The notes under the pieces are model-generated. The model had not been told where the DNA came from. It ran no database searches and worked only from the letters and a program-made list of their open reading frames with translations. DNA of 64,000 bases from Dictyostelium discoideum. Lineage: Eukaryota. Where the stretch lies: the NCBI GenBank assembly GCA_000004695.1, contig CM000155.2, positions 1,120,001 to 1,184,000 on the forward strand, written 5' to 3'. Below, one piece after another: positions 53,355 through 64,000 of the stretch; positions within the stretch are counted from its first letter, which is position 1; every line of letters begins with the position of its first letter. Position numbers and translations under genes: made by a program.

Positions 53355-53787
53355 ACTAGTTTGAAATTAATGGTAATTTAAAGGTTGATATAAATAAATT
53401 CAAAAAAATTTGTATGTATTATTATTTTAGTTACTACCTACTACTTTTAAACATGTTGTATTAACATTATATTCAAATTTTTTATTACAATTCCTATAGA
53501 TACAACTGTCTCTGACAAAAACATTTCACCTCAAAGTAGTAAGTATTTTATTTTTATTATAGTATAGGTAACGCTAGCGTTATTCTACAACTTTTTATAT
53601 ATTAACCTTGATAATAAATAATTCTTTAATCCGATTACTATAAAGATGAAATTTTAGATCTATTTGAATTTGGTATGTTTTAAATTTTATTATTATTATT
53701 TATAATTGCAATTATTAATTCTCAACATTGGTGTATTAATATAAATTCAATAATTATTTAGATACTACAAAATCATCATATGAAGAT

Positions 53788-54303
53788 GTGATTGAAGAAT
53801 ACAGTAAATTTGAAAATGATTCTCTTGGATCATTTGAAAATCCTGATTACAGTGGTTTCCATTTATTATCTAAAAGAAAGTGGAATAATAAAGAAGCTTT
53901 AATCGTAGGTATTGGTAAAAGTAATAATAAAACAACTGTACAAATAAAAGGTGATTTGTTAGATAAAGGTTATTTTAGAACTGAACTTGCTATTGATACA
54001 TACTTTGATAGAAATAAGGTATTAATAAATAAAATGGTTAAAAATTTTAAAAGTACTCAAGAAATTATAAAACCATCACCAGTCATTTCAGGAAATTGGA
54101 GTCTAGATGAACAAAAAGCATTAATGGTTGAAGTTTCTACACTTGGTAATAAATCTGAAATCAACTGGTTTTTCATTTCTAAACAACTCTTTTTAAAAGG
54201 TATTAGTAGAAATGCAAGAGAATGTCAAAGAAAACATGAATCAATCCAATATGTTGGTCTTTCAGGTAATCCAAAAGGTAAATTTAAAAGAACTTTTGAT
54301 TAG
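53788..54303 (+). CDS. Myb/SANT-domain protein, one exon of a multi-exon gene. The displayed ORF starts at an alternative GTG start.
   Basis: GNWSLDEQKALMVEVSTLGNKSEINWFFISKQLFLKGISRNARECQRKHESIQ is a SANT/Myb repeat. Upstream, DEILDLFEF is followed by a GTATGT donor at about 53675 and a tatttag acceptor at about 53762, and it splices in frame (DTTKSSYEDVIEEY...). No in-frame ATG lies immediately upstream. Confidence 0.55.
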   Translation: MIEEYSKFENDSLGSFENPDYSGFHLLSKRKWNNKEALIVGIGKSNNKTTVQIKGDLLDKGYFRTELAIDTYFDRNKVLINKMVKNFKSTQEIIKPSPVISGNWSLDEQKALMVEVSTLGNKSEINWFFISKQLFLKGISRNARECQRKHESIQYVGLSGNPKGKFKRTFD

Positions 54304-54641
54304 TTTGTCATATATAAATAAATAACATATTCAATATAAAAAATTTCCAATAATTTTATTTTCTTTTTTTTTTTTTATTGATAGTACTTTTAACAAAAAA
54401 TGAATGTAAATAATTAAATTGTAAAAATATAATTTTTGATTTAAAAAATAAAATAAAAAATTCAAAAAATAAAATAATTACACCGGGTGTCTAATTTGAA
54501 TGTTACTATTAATAATTTTTTTTTTAATTTTAAAAATATTTTTATTTTAATTTTTTATTTTTTTTTTTATTTTTTTTACCAATTCCAGTCTGTAAACAAA
54601 ATCATTAAATACTTAATTAATTTTAAATTAAATTTAATTTT

Positions 54642-54686
<45 letters not shown>

Positions 54687-54875
54687 TTTGAATTTCACAA
54701 AAGTTTTCATAATAGATATTAGATACCAGATATTAAAAATGTCACACAAAATCACCAAATTTATATATTTTATAAAATAATAATATAAATTTAAAAATAA
54801 TTTAATTAAAAAGAAATAATAATTAATTAGAATAAAATTAAAATAATATAATATTGTAGTTTAAATTGGATCTAA

Positions 54876-55000
54876 CCCTATCGGCTGAGGTTGGAGTAGT
54901 TAACAGATTTGAGCGAACTCAAATCTGAGGACTATAAAAAGAAACTAGGTTTCTAATTCAACCTCAGTAATAAATATATACAAATAAAAACGCGATAGGG
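54876..55000 (+). ncRNA. Candidate structured RNA or MITE-like nested inverted repeat, copy 2.
   Basis: Same stems as 49415-49542. The internal hairpin loop differs (CAGATTTGAG-CGAAC-TCAAATCTG) while the pairing is preserved. Confidence 0.35.
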
Positions 55001-55162
55001 CTAGGGTCATCAATTAAATATATGTGTACATTTATTTCTTAAATAATTAATCATTTATTTTAATAATAATAAAATAAATAAATTCAATAATAATAAAACA
55101 ATAAATTAAATTAATAATAATAATAAATAACCAAATTTTATTAAAAAAATTTATTTTAAAAG

Positions 55163-55688
55163 AATGTCAACTAATAATAATAATAACAACAATAATAATA
55201 ATGAAGATATTGATAATGATGAATTGCAACAACAGGATAATGAGGAACAACAACAACAACAACCACAGGTATCAACATTCAATGAACAGCAACGTCAAAT
55301 AAGGGACAGCAGCAGGTACTAGATAAACATTACCACAAGTAAATACATTGTCATATCTTGTTGAACCACACCACATTGTCTATTTTCAGTGGTCTTTCCA
55401 CAACGACAGATGGACTTGTTTTTAACTTACATGATCCACATGGACCAGTAGACAACGATCGTGTAACAACTGGTGGTCGGTGTCATCAGTGTTAGTTTTT
55501 CCTAATGATTTCTTTATTGTGTTGGTTATTGCTGCTGAAGTTATTGGTGTTGTAATGTTGGGTGATGGTGGTGGTGTCGAATGGTTATTTAATTGTTGTT
55601 GGGATTGTTGATTTATTAGTTGAATGTGTTGTTGAAGAAGTTGACTTTGTTTGCAAAATTCATGAATGTTGTCCAAGCACACCAACAC
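55163..55688. pseudogene. Second copy of the poly-Q gene, broken by an internal inversion.
   Basis: The 5' half is on the + strand (MSTNNNNNNNNEDIDNDELQQQDNEEQQQQQPQVSTFNEQQRQIRDSSRY*). The 3' half (LLQQHIQLINQQSQQQLNNHSTPPPSPNITTP...TDDTDHQLLH) is encoded on the minus strand (55422..55688) and fused to DRCLLVHVDHVS, which is homologous to 46390-46430. Confidence 0.7.
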
Positions 55689-55894
55689 ATGATGAAGCAG
55701 GTAACCAAGATTGTATAATTTATACTAGATTTTCTTCACTCGATCTAAATTCACAAGAATATGCAAATAAATTACAAATTGAGCCATTACAGTCTATATC
55801 AATAGTATCACCAAAAACTATTAAAAAAATTGAACCAATCCTTATAAAGATTGTAAGTAGTAGTAGTAATAGTAGTAGTAGTAGTAGTATTTAA

Positions 55895-56012
55895 TAAATA
55901 ATTAAAAATGAATTAATTCATTAATTATAATTAATTATAATTAATTCATTAATTATAATTAATTATAATTAATTCATTAATTATAATTAATTATAATTAA
56001 TTATTTATATAT
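55895..56012. repeat. Tandem repeat of ~29 bp (ttaattataattaattataattaattcat), about 3.5 copies.
   Basis: A direct periodicity is visible. Confidence 0.8.
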
Positions 56013-56700
56013 ATAATATATAAAGAAAACAAACAATTAAATATTTAATTGATTCAATTCAATTATTTTAATTCAAATGGAACTATCAAATGAAATATAG
56101 AGAAAAGAAAGCATTAAATAAAATTTTTTAAGAAATCATCTTATCAAATACCATCACTAAGATTAAGTGAAACTGTTGGAATAGGTACATCAGGTAATAG
56201 TTCAAGTAATAGTATCAACAATAACAACAGTAGTAATGGCCAAAATTATGCATCCATTAAGTCCAATTCGTTGTGGTGGTATTAATAATCAAAAACAACC
56301 AAAATTAGAAGTTTTATCACCTGCTTTATTATTTAGAGAATTTTAGAAATTTAGATTCAATTTTAATATACCTCTCAAATTAAAATCATTTTAATCAATA
56401 TGATCCATCCATGTTTTATACAACTAATAATATTAATAATGAATCTACTAAAAGACACAATCAACAAAATTAAAATCATTGACTGTTTTTAGTAGATAAA
56501 ATCATTTTTAAAAGATTGTTGGTGAAAAAAAAAAAAAACATTTTAGCTTTTTCTTGTGATTAATTAATTTATTTTGTTATTTTGTATTATGTTTTGTATA
56601 TACAAAAAGAAATTCCAAAAATAAAAAAGTTATTAAAAAAAAAAATCCGCATTGTTGCTTATATTTTATTTAATATAAAGAGATATAATTAATTATAAGT

Positions 56701-57335
56701 TTATGCAGTTGGTTGGAAAGCAATTTGGTCTTCACCGTCGATGATGTAACCGAATGAGAAAGTTTGACCTGGTTGGATGACTGGATACCATTGGAGAGCC
56801 CAAGTATTTTTGGTTTCATCAACAGCAAGACCCCAGATTGAGTTTGGACGGAGTGGAGATGAGGTGAAGGTTGGGTTGGTGACGGTTACTGAACCAGTGT
56901 TGGTGATGATACCACCGAATTGGGAGACAGTTTTACCGTTTTCAAACCATGAGGAGTAACGAGTTTGATCGATCTTTAATGGTGAAGTAGTGTTGGTACA
57001 GACACATTGTGGTTTGATGTAATAGATTGAAGTTGGTTTGCTACAGTATGAACCGAACCAGGCGTCAGCTTCAGTACGTAAGACACCACCGATAACTCTT
57101 GGTGGGCTAGCTCTTAAACCATAGTAACGGCCAAAGATGTATGAGGAATCCATTGGGATGTTTGACATACAGATTTTGCAAAGTAAATCACTGTTGAAGG
57201 TACCCCAGACAATGGTTTTGAAGTCAGCCCACAAAAGAGCAGCTGAGCACATGGCGCATGGCTCTATAGGAGTTTGTTAGTTGTTCAATTGATTGATCAC
57301 ATGATCATTCATTATTATTTTTTAAAAAAATAAAA

Positions 57336-57395
<60 letters not shown>

Positions 57396-57843
57396 AGTAT
57401 TTGTAGATTAAAACATTATTATTACATATTAATTACTTACCTCCAGAAGTGTAAAGAGTGTAGTTGGTGAAAGAGGTGATACCGTGTAAAGCAGTACAGT
57501 TGTTGATGGCAACGATTTCACCATGTGAAATGATATTTGGTTTACCAGTGTTGACACCAAGACACATTAAAGTACCATTTTGGTGGTAGATTGAAGCAAC
57601 GAATTTCTTATTTTGTTGTTTGGCGATGGCAAGGACGTAAGCCATACGTTCTTCGTGCATACCTAATTCTTGTGGATCGAGATCAGCTGGAGTGAGAACT
57701 TGAGCATTGTCGGTTGGTTTCCAGCTTACTTTTTGAGTGGCTGTACATTCACCGATGGTTGAAATGTTTGGATTGAATTCATCGCATGCAAATGATAATG
57801 CAATAAATGCGAGTAAAATAGTTAATAATAAAGCAATCTTCAT
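56701..57843 (-). CDS. Secreted CDA/TadA-fold zinc deaminase with a Cys-containing C-terminal domain, paralog 2 (intact). It has 2 exons: 57843..57441 and 57263..56701 (321 aa).
   Basis: Signal peptide MKIALLLTILLAFIALSFA. HEERMAYVLAIAK. HGEIVAINNC...YTLYTSGG|EPCAMCSAALLWADFKTIVWG spans the intron, with a GTAAGT donor in phase 1 and a cctatag acceptor. The C-terminal domain is NSDLLCKICMSNIPMDSSYIFGRYYGLRASPP...CSKPTSIYYIKPQCVCTNTTSP...WYPVIQPGQTFSFGYIIDGEDQIAFQPTA. Confidence 0.8.
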
Positions 57844-58098
57844 TTTGAATTTGTTTTATTATATAATTTTTAAATTTGTTTTAATAATAGTACAAAAGGT
57901 AATGTTAACAAATATAAGAATGTATATAAGAGAGATGTTTGTTTGTTTTGAATGATTAAAAAAAAAAAATTATTTTAAATTTATACAAAAAAAAAAATAA
58001 AAAACTTTTCGAGATATTTCCAAACTGTCACAAACGAAAATTTAATTTGGTGTTTTTTGAGCTTGTTTTTTTGAAAAAAATATCAAAAAATAAAAAGC

Positions 58099-58130
<32 letters not shown>

Positions 58131-58317
58131 GTTATTTTTTGTTGTTATTTTTAGAGCCATATAATAAAAATACAATAAAACGACCACTGCTCGTTTTCTA
58201 TTGGTAATTAAAAAAGAGTTTTCATTATTTTTTTATTGGTTTATTGTTTTCTTTTAAAAATAAAAAAACCATATGGCACAATTTTATACAAACTGCCAAA
58301 TTATTAATTGAGGCACT

Positions 58318-58355
<38 letters not shown>

Positions 58356-59220
58356 TAACCTCCATATTTTCGATTTCAATTGTTAATCGACAATCATTTT
58401 TCACACAGAGTTTCACTAAAATACTCGAATAAATTAGAAAAGAAAAAAAAACAGATCATCAAAGATTAAAAATGAGATAAAATAATGATTTGAATAATTT
58501 TCATTTTATTTCAAAAAAAAAAACTGATAAAAACGATTAAAAATTTCAATCTCCTACAATCTAATTTTAACAAGAGATAAACTACATTTATGTATTAGTA
58601 CAAGTTCAACATAATTGTCACAAAAAAAAAAAAAAAAAAATATAAACTTTCAATGAATTTTTAAATTTTAAACAAAATTTCATTACATATCTTTTTTTGA
58701 AGATATCTTTTTTTTTTTTTTACAATAAAATTAATTCTTTCATATTTAAATAGTTTTTTTACTTTATAATTTAATTAAATGTTGTAATTTAATTTAATTA
58801 AAAAAAATAAAAAAAAGTGTAGAATCAAATTCATTATGATAATGCAAATATGATTGAAAATTCTTGCTTTAAAATAAAAAGTTTTAATTAAAAAGAAAGA
58901 AAATGATTGGTCAAAGTGGTTGATGCTATTTTTGAAACCCATGTTTTGATTTTACTAAAAAACTGTTTTAAAGTGTAAAACAATATCGTCATTTAATTTT
59001 AGACTAAAATTTGCGTATGCTTTTTATTTTTAATTTTTTTTATTTTTTTTTTTATTTTTTTTTTTAATTTTTTTTTTTTTATTTTTATTTTTTAACTGCA
59101 ATGAAAAAAATCTTTTGAATACCAATAGGTTATAACAATTTATTAATTTTTATTTATATTCCAATAATAATAATAAGATAATATTATCTTTGACCATTCA
59201 TTTTCAAATTTGAATAAATG

Positions 59221-59254
<34 letters not shown>

Positions 59255-60006
59255 AAACTTAATTTTAAAAATAATGCAATTTCGGTTTCTCTCATAAAAA
59301 ATTGAAAAGTAATTTTATGCGGCACTGGGTTTGTCTCTTTTTTTTACTTTTATTTTTTTATTTTTATGTGACTCCCTTAAAATATCTTTGTGATTACAAA
59401 TTTTTTTATTTTATTTTTATTTTATTTTTATTTTTTATTTTTTTTTTTTTTATTTTATATTTTATTTTATTTTATATTTTATTTTATTTTTTTTTTACTC
59501 AAAAAAAACCGTGTTTTTTGAATCTAACAAATAACCAATTCAATGAGATTCAATTGGTGGCCAAAATGTAATAATTTTATATTTATTGAAATTTTAAATA
59601 GAGTAATCCAAATACTATCAATTTATTCAATAGTTGAAAGAATGGTAATAGAAAGGTAGTGAGTTATTAAGATAGTTGTATAAAGAAAATAATGGTATTA
59701 AAAATAAAGAATCTATAATTTCAATTTTATCAAATATAAAAAAAATATGTCGTAAAAAAATTTAATAAAAATTAATTAAAAATAAAATAAAACCTAACAA
59801 AATTCAATTTAAAGCGTTTAACCAAATAGTGTTGGTTTTTTTTTTTTTTTGAAAAATTTTATTATTTTTTTGATAAGTTTCAAAGTAAAAAAAACTGCAA
59901 AAAAAAAAATCATTCCGATGCGGCAAGAGATCATTTTTTATTAAAATTTTTTTTTTTTTTTAGTTTTTAAATTAATTTTATATACATAACATTTTAATTA
60001 ATCAAA

Positions 60007-60332
60007 ATGAAATATTATTATATTTTAATTGTTTTTTTATATTTAATATTTTCAATAAATATTAGTTTTTCAATTGATGTTATAAGTAGTCAAGGTAAGT
60101 TTTTTTTTTTTTTTTTATTTAAAATTTAATTTATATTATTATTATTTTCTAATTTTATAAAAAATACATATAAAAAAAAAAAAGTACAATGTTTAAATAA
60201 TATTGCAATAAATACTGGTGATGTTACTTTAAATCCAACAAATGGTGCTGAACTTAAAACAATATTTTGTGGTTTAGGTTCTAATTTATGTCATGATAAT
60301 GGTTCAGTTTCACAAATGTAAGATTAATAATA

Positions 60333-60369
<37 letters not shown>

Positions 60370-60761
60370 ACATATTAATTTAAAAAAATTTAATTTTTTT
60401 TAGATCAATCACTCAAGTTACTCAATATTCATTATCAAGTGCTGATATCCTCTGTTTTCCAAATTTAGTATATTTTAAAGGAAAAAAATTGACAAGTATT
60501 AGTCCAAGTTTTTTTATAACTTTTAATCCTTCAATTACAGATATGTAAATATTTGTTTATATTATATATGTATATTAATCTATAAATATAATTGATTACT
60601 AATTATTCCATATTTAGGGATATTTATGCATCAAATTTAGTTCAATTGGATTTCCCAATTAACCCATTGCGTCAATTATTATTTGGTGGAGTATCATTAA
60701 TAAAAATGACATCATTAAATAATGTTAAAAGTTTGTATGTATTAAAATATTTTTATTATAA

Positions 60762-60795
<34 letters not shown>

Positions 60796-63700
60796 TGTAT
60801 TAATTTTAATTTTAAAAGTGGTGCATATGATGATTCAGACATTACAATTGATACTAGTGGTGATACAAGTAATAGTGTTTTATGGAATTTTGGTTGTTAT
60901 ACTAATAATATACCGAATTTTTCAGTTGGATTACCATTATTAACATCACTTAGTTTTGGAATTGGTAGTGCATTTGTTGAATCATCATTGGATAATGTTA
61001 TATCATATGATGGTAAAATAAAATCATTAGCATTTTCTGGTGCTGGAAAAGAGATTCCATTTCCAATGAAATTATCAGAATTACAAAATTGTAAAATTAC
61101 TACTTTGTAAGTACTTTGTTGAGTGATTTGATGTATTTGAAAAAAAAAAAAAAAATTATATAAATTATTAATTGTTTTTTTTTTTTTTTTTTAAAAATCA
61201 GAAATTTCCAATATGGTGTTAATCTTAAAACAAGTAATTATATTGATTTAAGCAATATTCCATTTTTAAATACATTTTACATTTTAGAAGCAGGTCCAAA
61301 CTTTAATATTAATGGTAATTTCCCATTTAAAGCATTACCAACTACTGTAACTGATTTGTAAGTTGTACCATTTTAATATTATTTCAAAATCTTTTTAAAT
61401 ATTAACAAAAATCATCTTAATTATAATAATTTAGGGAAATTAATAATGGTAATATTCCAAATTTTCCAGATTTAAATATTTTTAATAGTACAAGTTATGT
61501 AATGTTACAAAATCTAAAAATGACAGGGTCATTACCAGTAAATCCATTAAAAAATACAAATACTATAAATTTAAGTCAAAATTTGATAAATGGTACAATT
61601 GATGATTCATGGTGTAATATATTTTTAACAATAAATAACAATCAATTAACTGGTTCAATACCAGATTGTAATTATTGTTATTTAAAAGATTCATCAGTAT
61701 ATCTTAGATTTGCAGGTAATAATTTTAATAATTATTTACCAGGTACTGCAACATGTGATCATTGTATGTATAATTATAATTAAAGAAATTTAAATTTATT
61801 ATTAAAACACACACACACAAACTAACACACACACACACATATCAATTTAATTTTAGCAAAAATTATTGCAAGTTTTGATAAAAATTCAAAAGGTTTGATT
61901 TTACATGGTAAAAACTTGGGAACATTACCAACAAATATTAAATCAAAACCAAGTTGTACATTTACATATGATTGGAAAACATTAAATTATACAGCATCAT
62001 GTAATGATGATCCAGATAAAGTCGAACTTTATTTTGTTCCACCAAATGTTAATTTTACACTTTCAACTGGTAAACTTGCACCAATTATTACTAGTATGGT
62101 TCAAGATAATGATACATTTACAATTGAAGGTTCCTATTTATCATATATTGGTTCAGAGGTTAAAGTAACCATTGGTGATACTCCAATTCAATGCATGGTA
62201 ATTGACGATGATCCAATGAATACAAGTTTTTATCAAGCAAAATGTAAAATTAATTATCCAATTGTAGAATATGGTGAAAAATTAGTATCGGTTTCAGTTT
62301 ATAATAAAGTTGGTACTATTAAAATTAATTTAAAACATACACCAGTACCATGTCCAATTGAAGATTGTAATGGAAATGGTATTTGTAATGATCATATTGG
62401 TGTTTGTGAATGTAATGAAAAATGGGCAACTGTTGGATCAAGTATTTGTACTGTTGCAAATCATTATGTTTCATCCTATGTACCATTGGTTGATGATGAA
62501 ACTGTAATTTCATTTTATGGTTGGTTTGGTTTGTCTTATAATAACCTTTCAATTACTATTGGTGAACAAAATTGTGGTAATAATATTTTTATAAATCAAA
62601 CTTTTTTCAATTGTACATTATTACCATCTTCATCACCATCATTGTTGGATAAAGCATTCACTCAACAATTATTAAATGTTACACAAAATGGAATTTCATG
62701 GTCCTCTTTAATCTATCCCTATGTAAATCCAATTTTATCATGTCCAAATAATTGTGGTAATAATGCAACCAATGGTCGATGTGATACAAAAACTGGAAAT
62801 TGTTGGTGTAATACTGGATTTACAGGTTTAGATTGTTCACCAATACCATCAACAAAATCAGATATACCAACTTCAAATACAAATGTCGATAATGTTGGTG
62901 TAGTTGGAATTTCAAATGAACAAAGTCAATTTTCAATTTCAATTGATTCCATTTTAGAGATTGATTTTTATGGTAATCCAGTAGCAGGTAAATCAAAAAT
63001 ACTTTCAAAAAATTGGATTTTATCACAATCTAAAGATAATCAAGGTATTACAATTTTCAAACAAACATTTGATACAGCAATAATGGAATTAAAAATTCAA
63101 GAGGTTCAACAAACTACATTATTCACCTTTGCAAATAATCAATTTACAGTTCAATCTGGTGGTATTAAAATTTCAATGTCCATTTCAAATTGGAATTTTA
63201 CAAATACTTTAAACACATTGGATATTAAATTATCATCAAACTCAACCATTAATCCAAAAGCAACCACTGAAAACAAATGTAATGATGATGATTTATTTAA
63301 TGTTGAATCTGAATCTAATAATAAATTTATTTCAAGTTTAAATTATATTAAAATTTCAAAACAAGGTAAACAATTATATGGTCGTTTTCAAGATAAATTC
63401 CTTAGTGATGGTAGACCAACTATGTTGACAACCAAATTATTATCATTTGATAATGAAAAAGTAATAATGGTAATTTCATTACCACATTGCGAAAACAAGT
63501 GTGAATTAGATCCTGGTATGTATAGGCTATTCTTTTATTATTATAATTTTTACTATTATTTTCAAATATTAATATTTTAAAATAATTTTATTTCCAAGAC
63601 TTTTCTGTATTGGTTTCACCAAATTTCAAATCATCAGATTCTTGTATTTCAAATAATCAAAATGGTGGTAAAAATAAACCATGGTTAATTCCAGTTGCTG

Positions 63701-63816
63701 TGGTAATTCCAATCGTTGGTGTTTGTTTAATTGCTGTCATAGTTATTATAATTATTAAAAAGAATTCAATCGCTATTAAAATTGGTTTAAATAGTATTTC
63801 AATGAAAAGAAGATAA
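60007..63816 (+). CDS. Type I membrane receptor-like protein with a signal peptide, a plant-type LRR region, an IPT/TIG-like domain, two EGF-like modules and a C-terminal TM helix (~1026 aa). Exons: 60007..60094, 60184..60317, 60404..60544, 60618..60734, 60819..61106, 61202..61357, 61435..61715, 61857..63515, 63599..63816.
   Basis: All junctions are GT...AG with consistent phases. The exception is exon 2, which is out of frame by 1 nt at an A5 run (60237-60241). LRR motifs: LKMTGSLP, NLINGTIDDSWCN, NNNQLTGSIPDC. TIG-like: VELYFVPPNVNFTLSTG...IQCMVIDDDP. EGF: CPIEDCNGNGICNDHIGVCECNEKWATVGSSIC and CPNNCGNNATNGRCDTKTGNCWCNTGFTGLDCS. TM: WLIPVAVVIPIVGVCLIAVIVIIII. Confidence 0.65.
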
Positions 63817-64000
63817 ACTAAAAAAATAAATATTAAATCTTTTTTAAACTTTTTTTATTTTAAATCTTCAGAATCATCTAAATTTGAAATTATAGGTGTT
63901 GTTGTTAAATTACTACGTTGTAATTGTTGGTTGTTGCTGTTGTTGTTGTTGATTATTATTTACAATTATATTATTACTATATATAACACGTGAAATGACA

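Overview
The window is extremely AT-rich (about 75-80% A+T) with long poly-Q/poly-N coding microsatellites, short AT-rich introns that follow GT-AG, and tRNA-gene-targeted non-LTR retroelements (TRE5/TRE3-like). On that basis I take it to be nuclear DNA of Dictyostelium discoideum or a very close relative. Layout:

- **1-3.7 kb:** the 3' end of a GATOR2-type WD40 protein gene (C-terminal RING-like zinc finger), followed by a convergent gene for a 5-pass membrane glycoprotein.
- **4.9-13.2 kb:** a cluster of three near-identical tRNA-Ser(UGA) genes colonised by retroelements. There are two 5'-truncated TRE3-like copies, each starting exactly 49 bp downstream of a tRNA. One rearranged TRE5-A-like element sits 45 bp upstream of a tRNA and is flanked by a perfect 15-bp target-site duplication.
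- **14.6-18.9 kb:** two tandem paralogous Frizzled/Smoothened-like 7TM genes, 4 exons each.
- **19.8-37.3 kb:** housekeeping genes. In order: an RWP-RK-like protein, condensin kleisin CAP-H/Barren, a calponin-homology (CH)-CH plus coiled-coil actin-binding protein, an F-box/Kelch protein, squalene synthase, a COMM-domain protein and a poly-N/Q protein.
- **39.6-57.9 kb:** an accessory-like, heavily rearranged block. It is bracketed by two inverted full-length paralogs of a signal-peptide-bearing cytidine/tRNA-adenosine-deaminase (CDA/TadA)-fold zinc deaminase fused to a novel Cys-containing C-terminal domain. Between them lie two frameshifted or truncated 3' copies of that gene, duplicated and partly inverted copies of Myb/SANT-like and poly-Q genes, an ~0.8 kb insertion with a 9-bp direct repeat, a duplicated nested-hairpin element, and GC-rich short repeats.
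- **60.0-63.8 kb:** a 9-exon LRR + IPT/TIG + EGF type I membrane receptor-like gene.

Every call rests on reading and translating the sequence by eye. No database search or gene-prediction tool was run.
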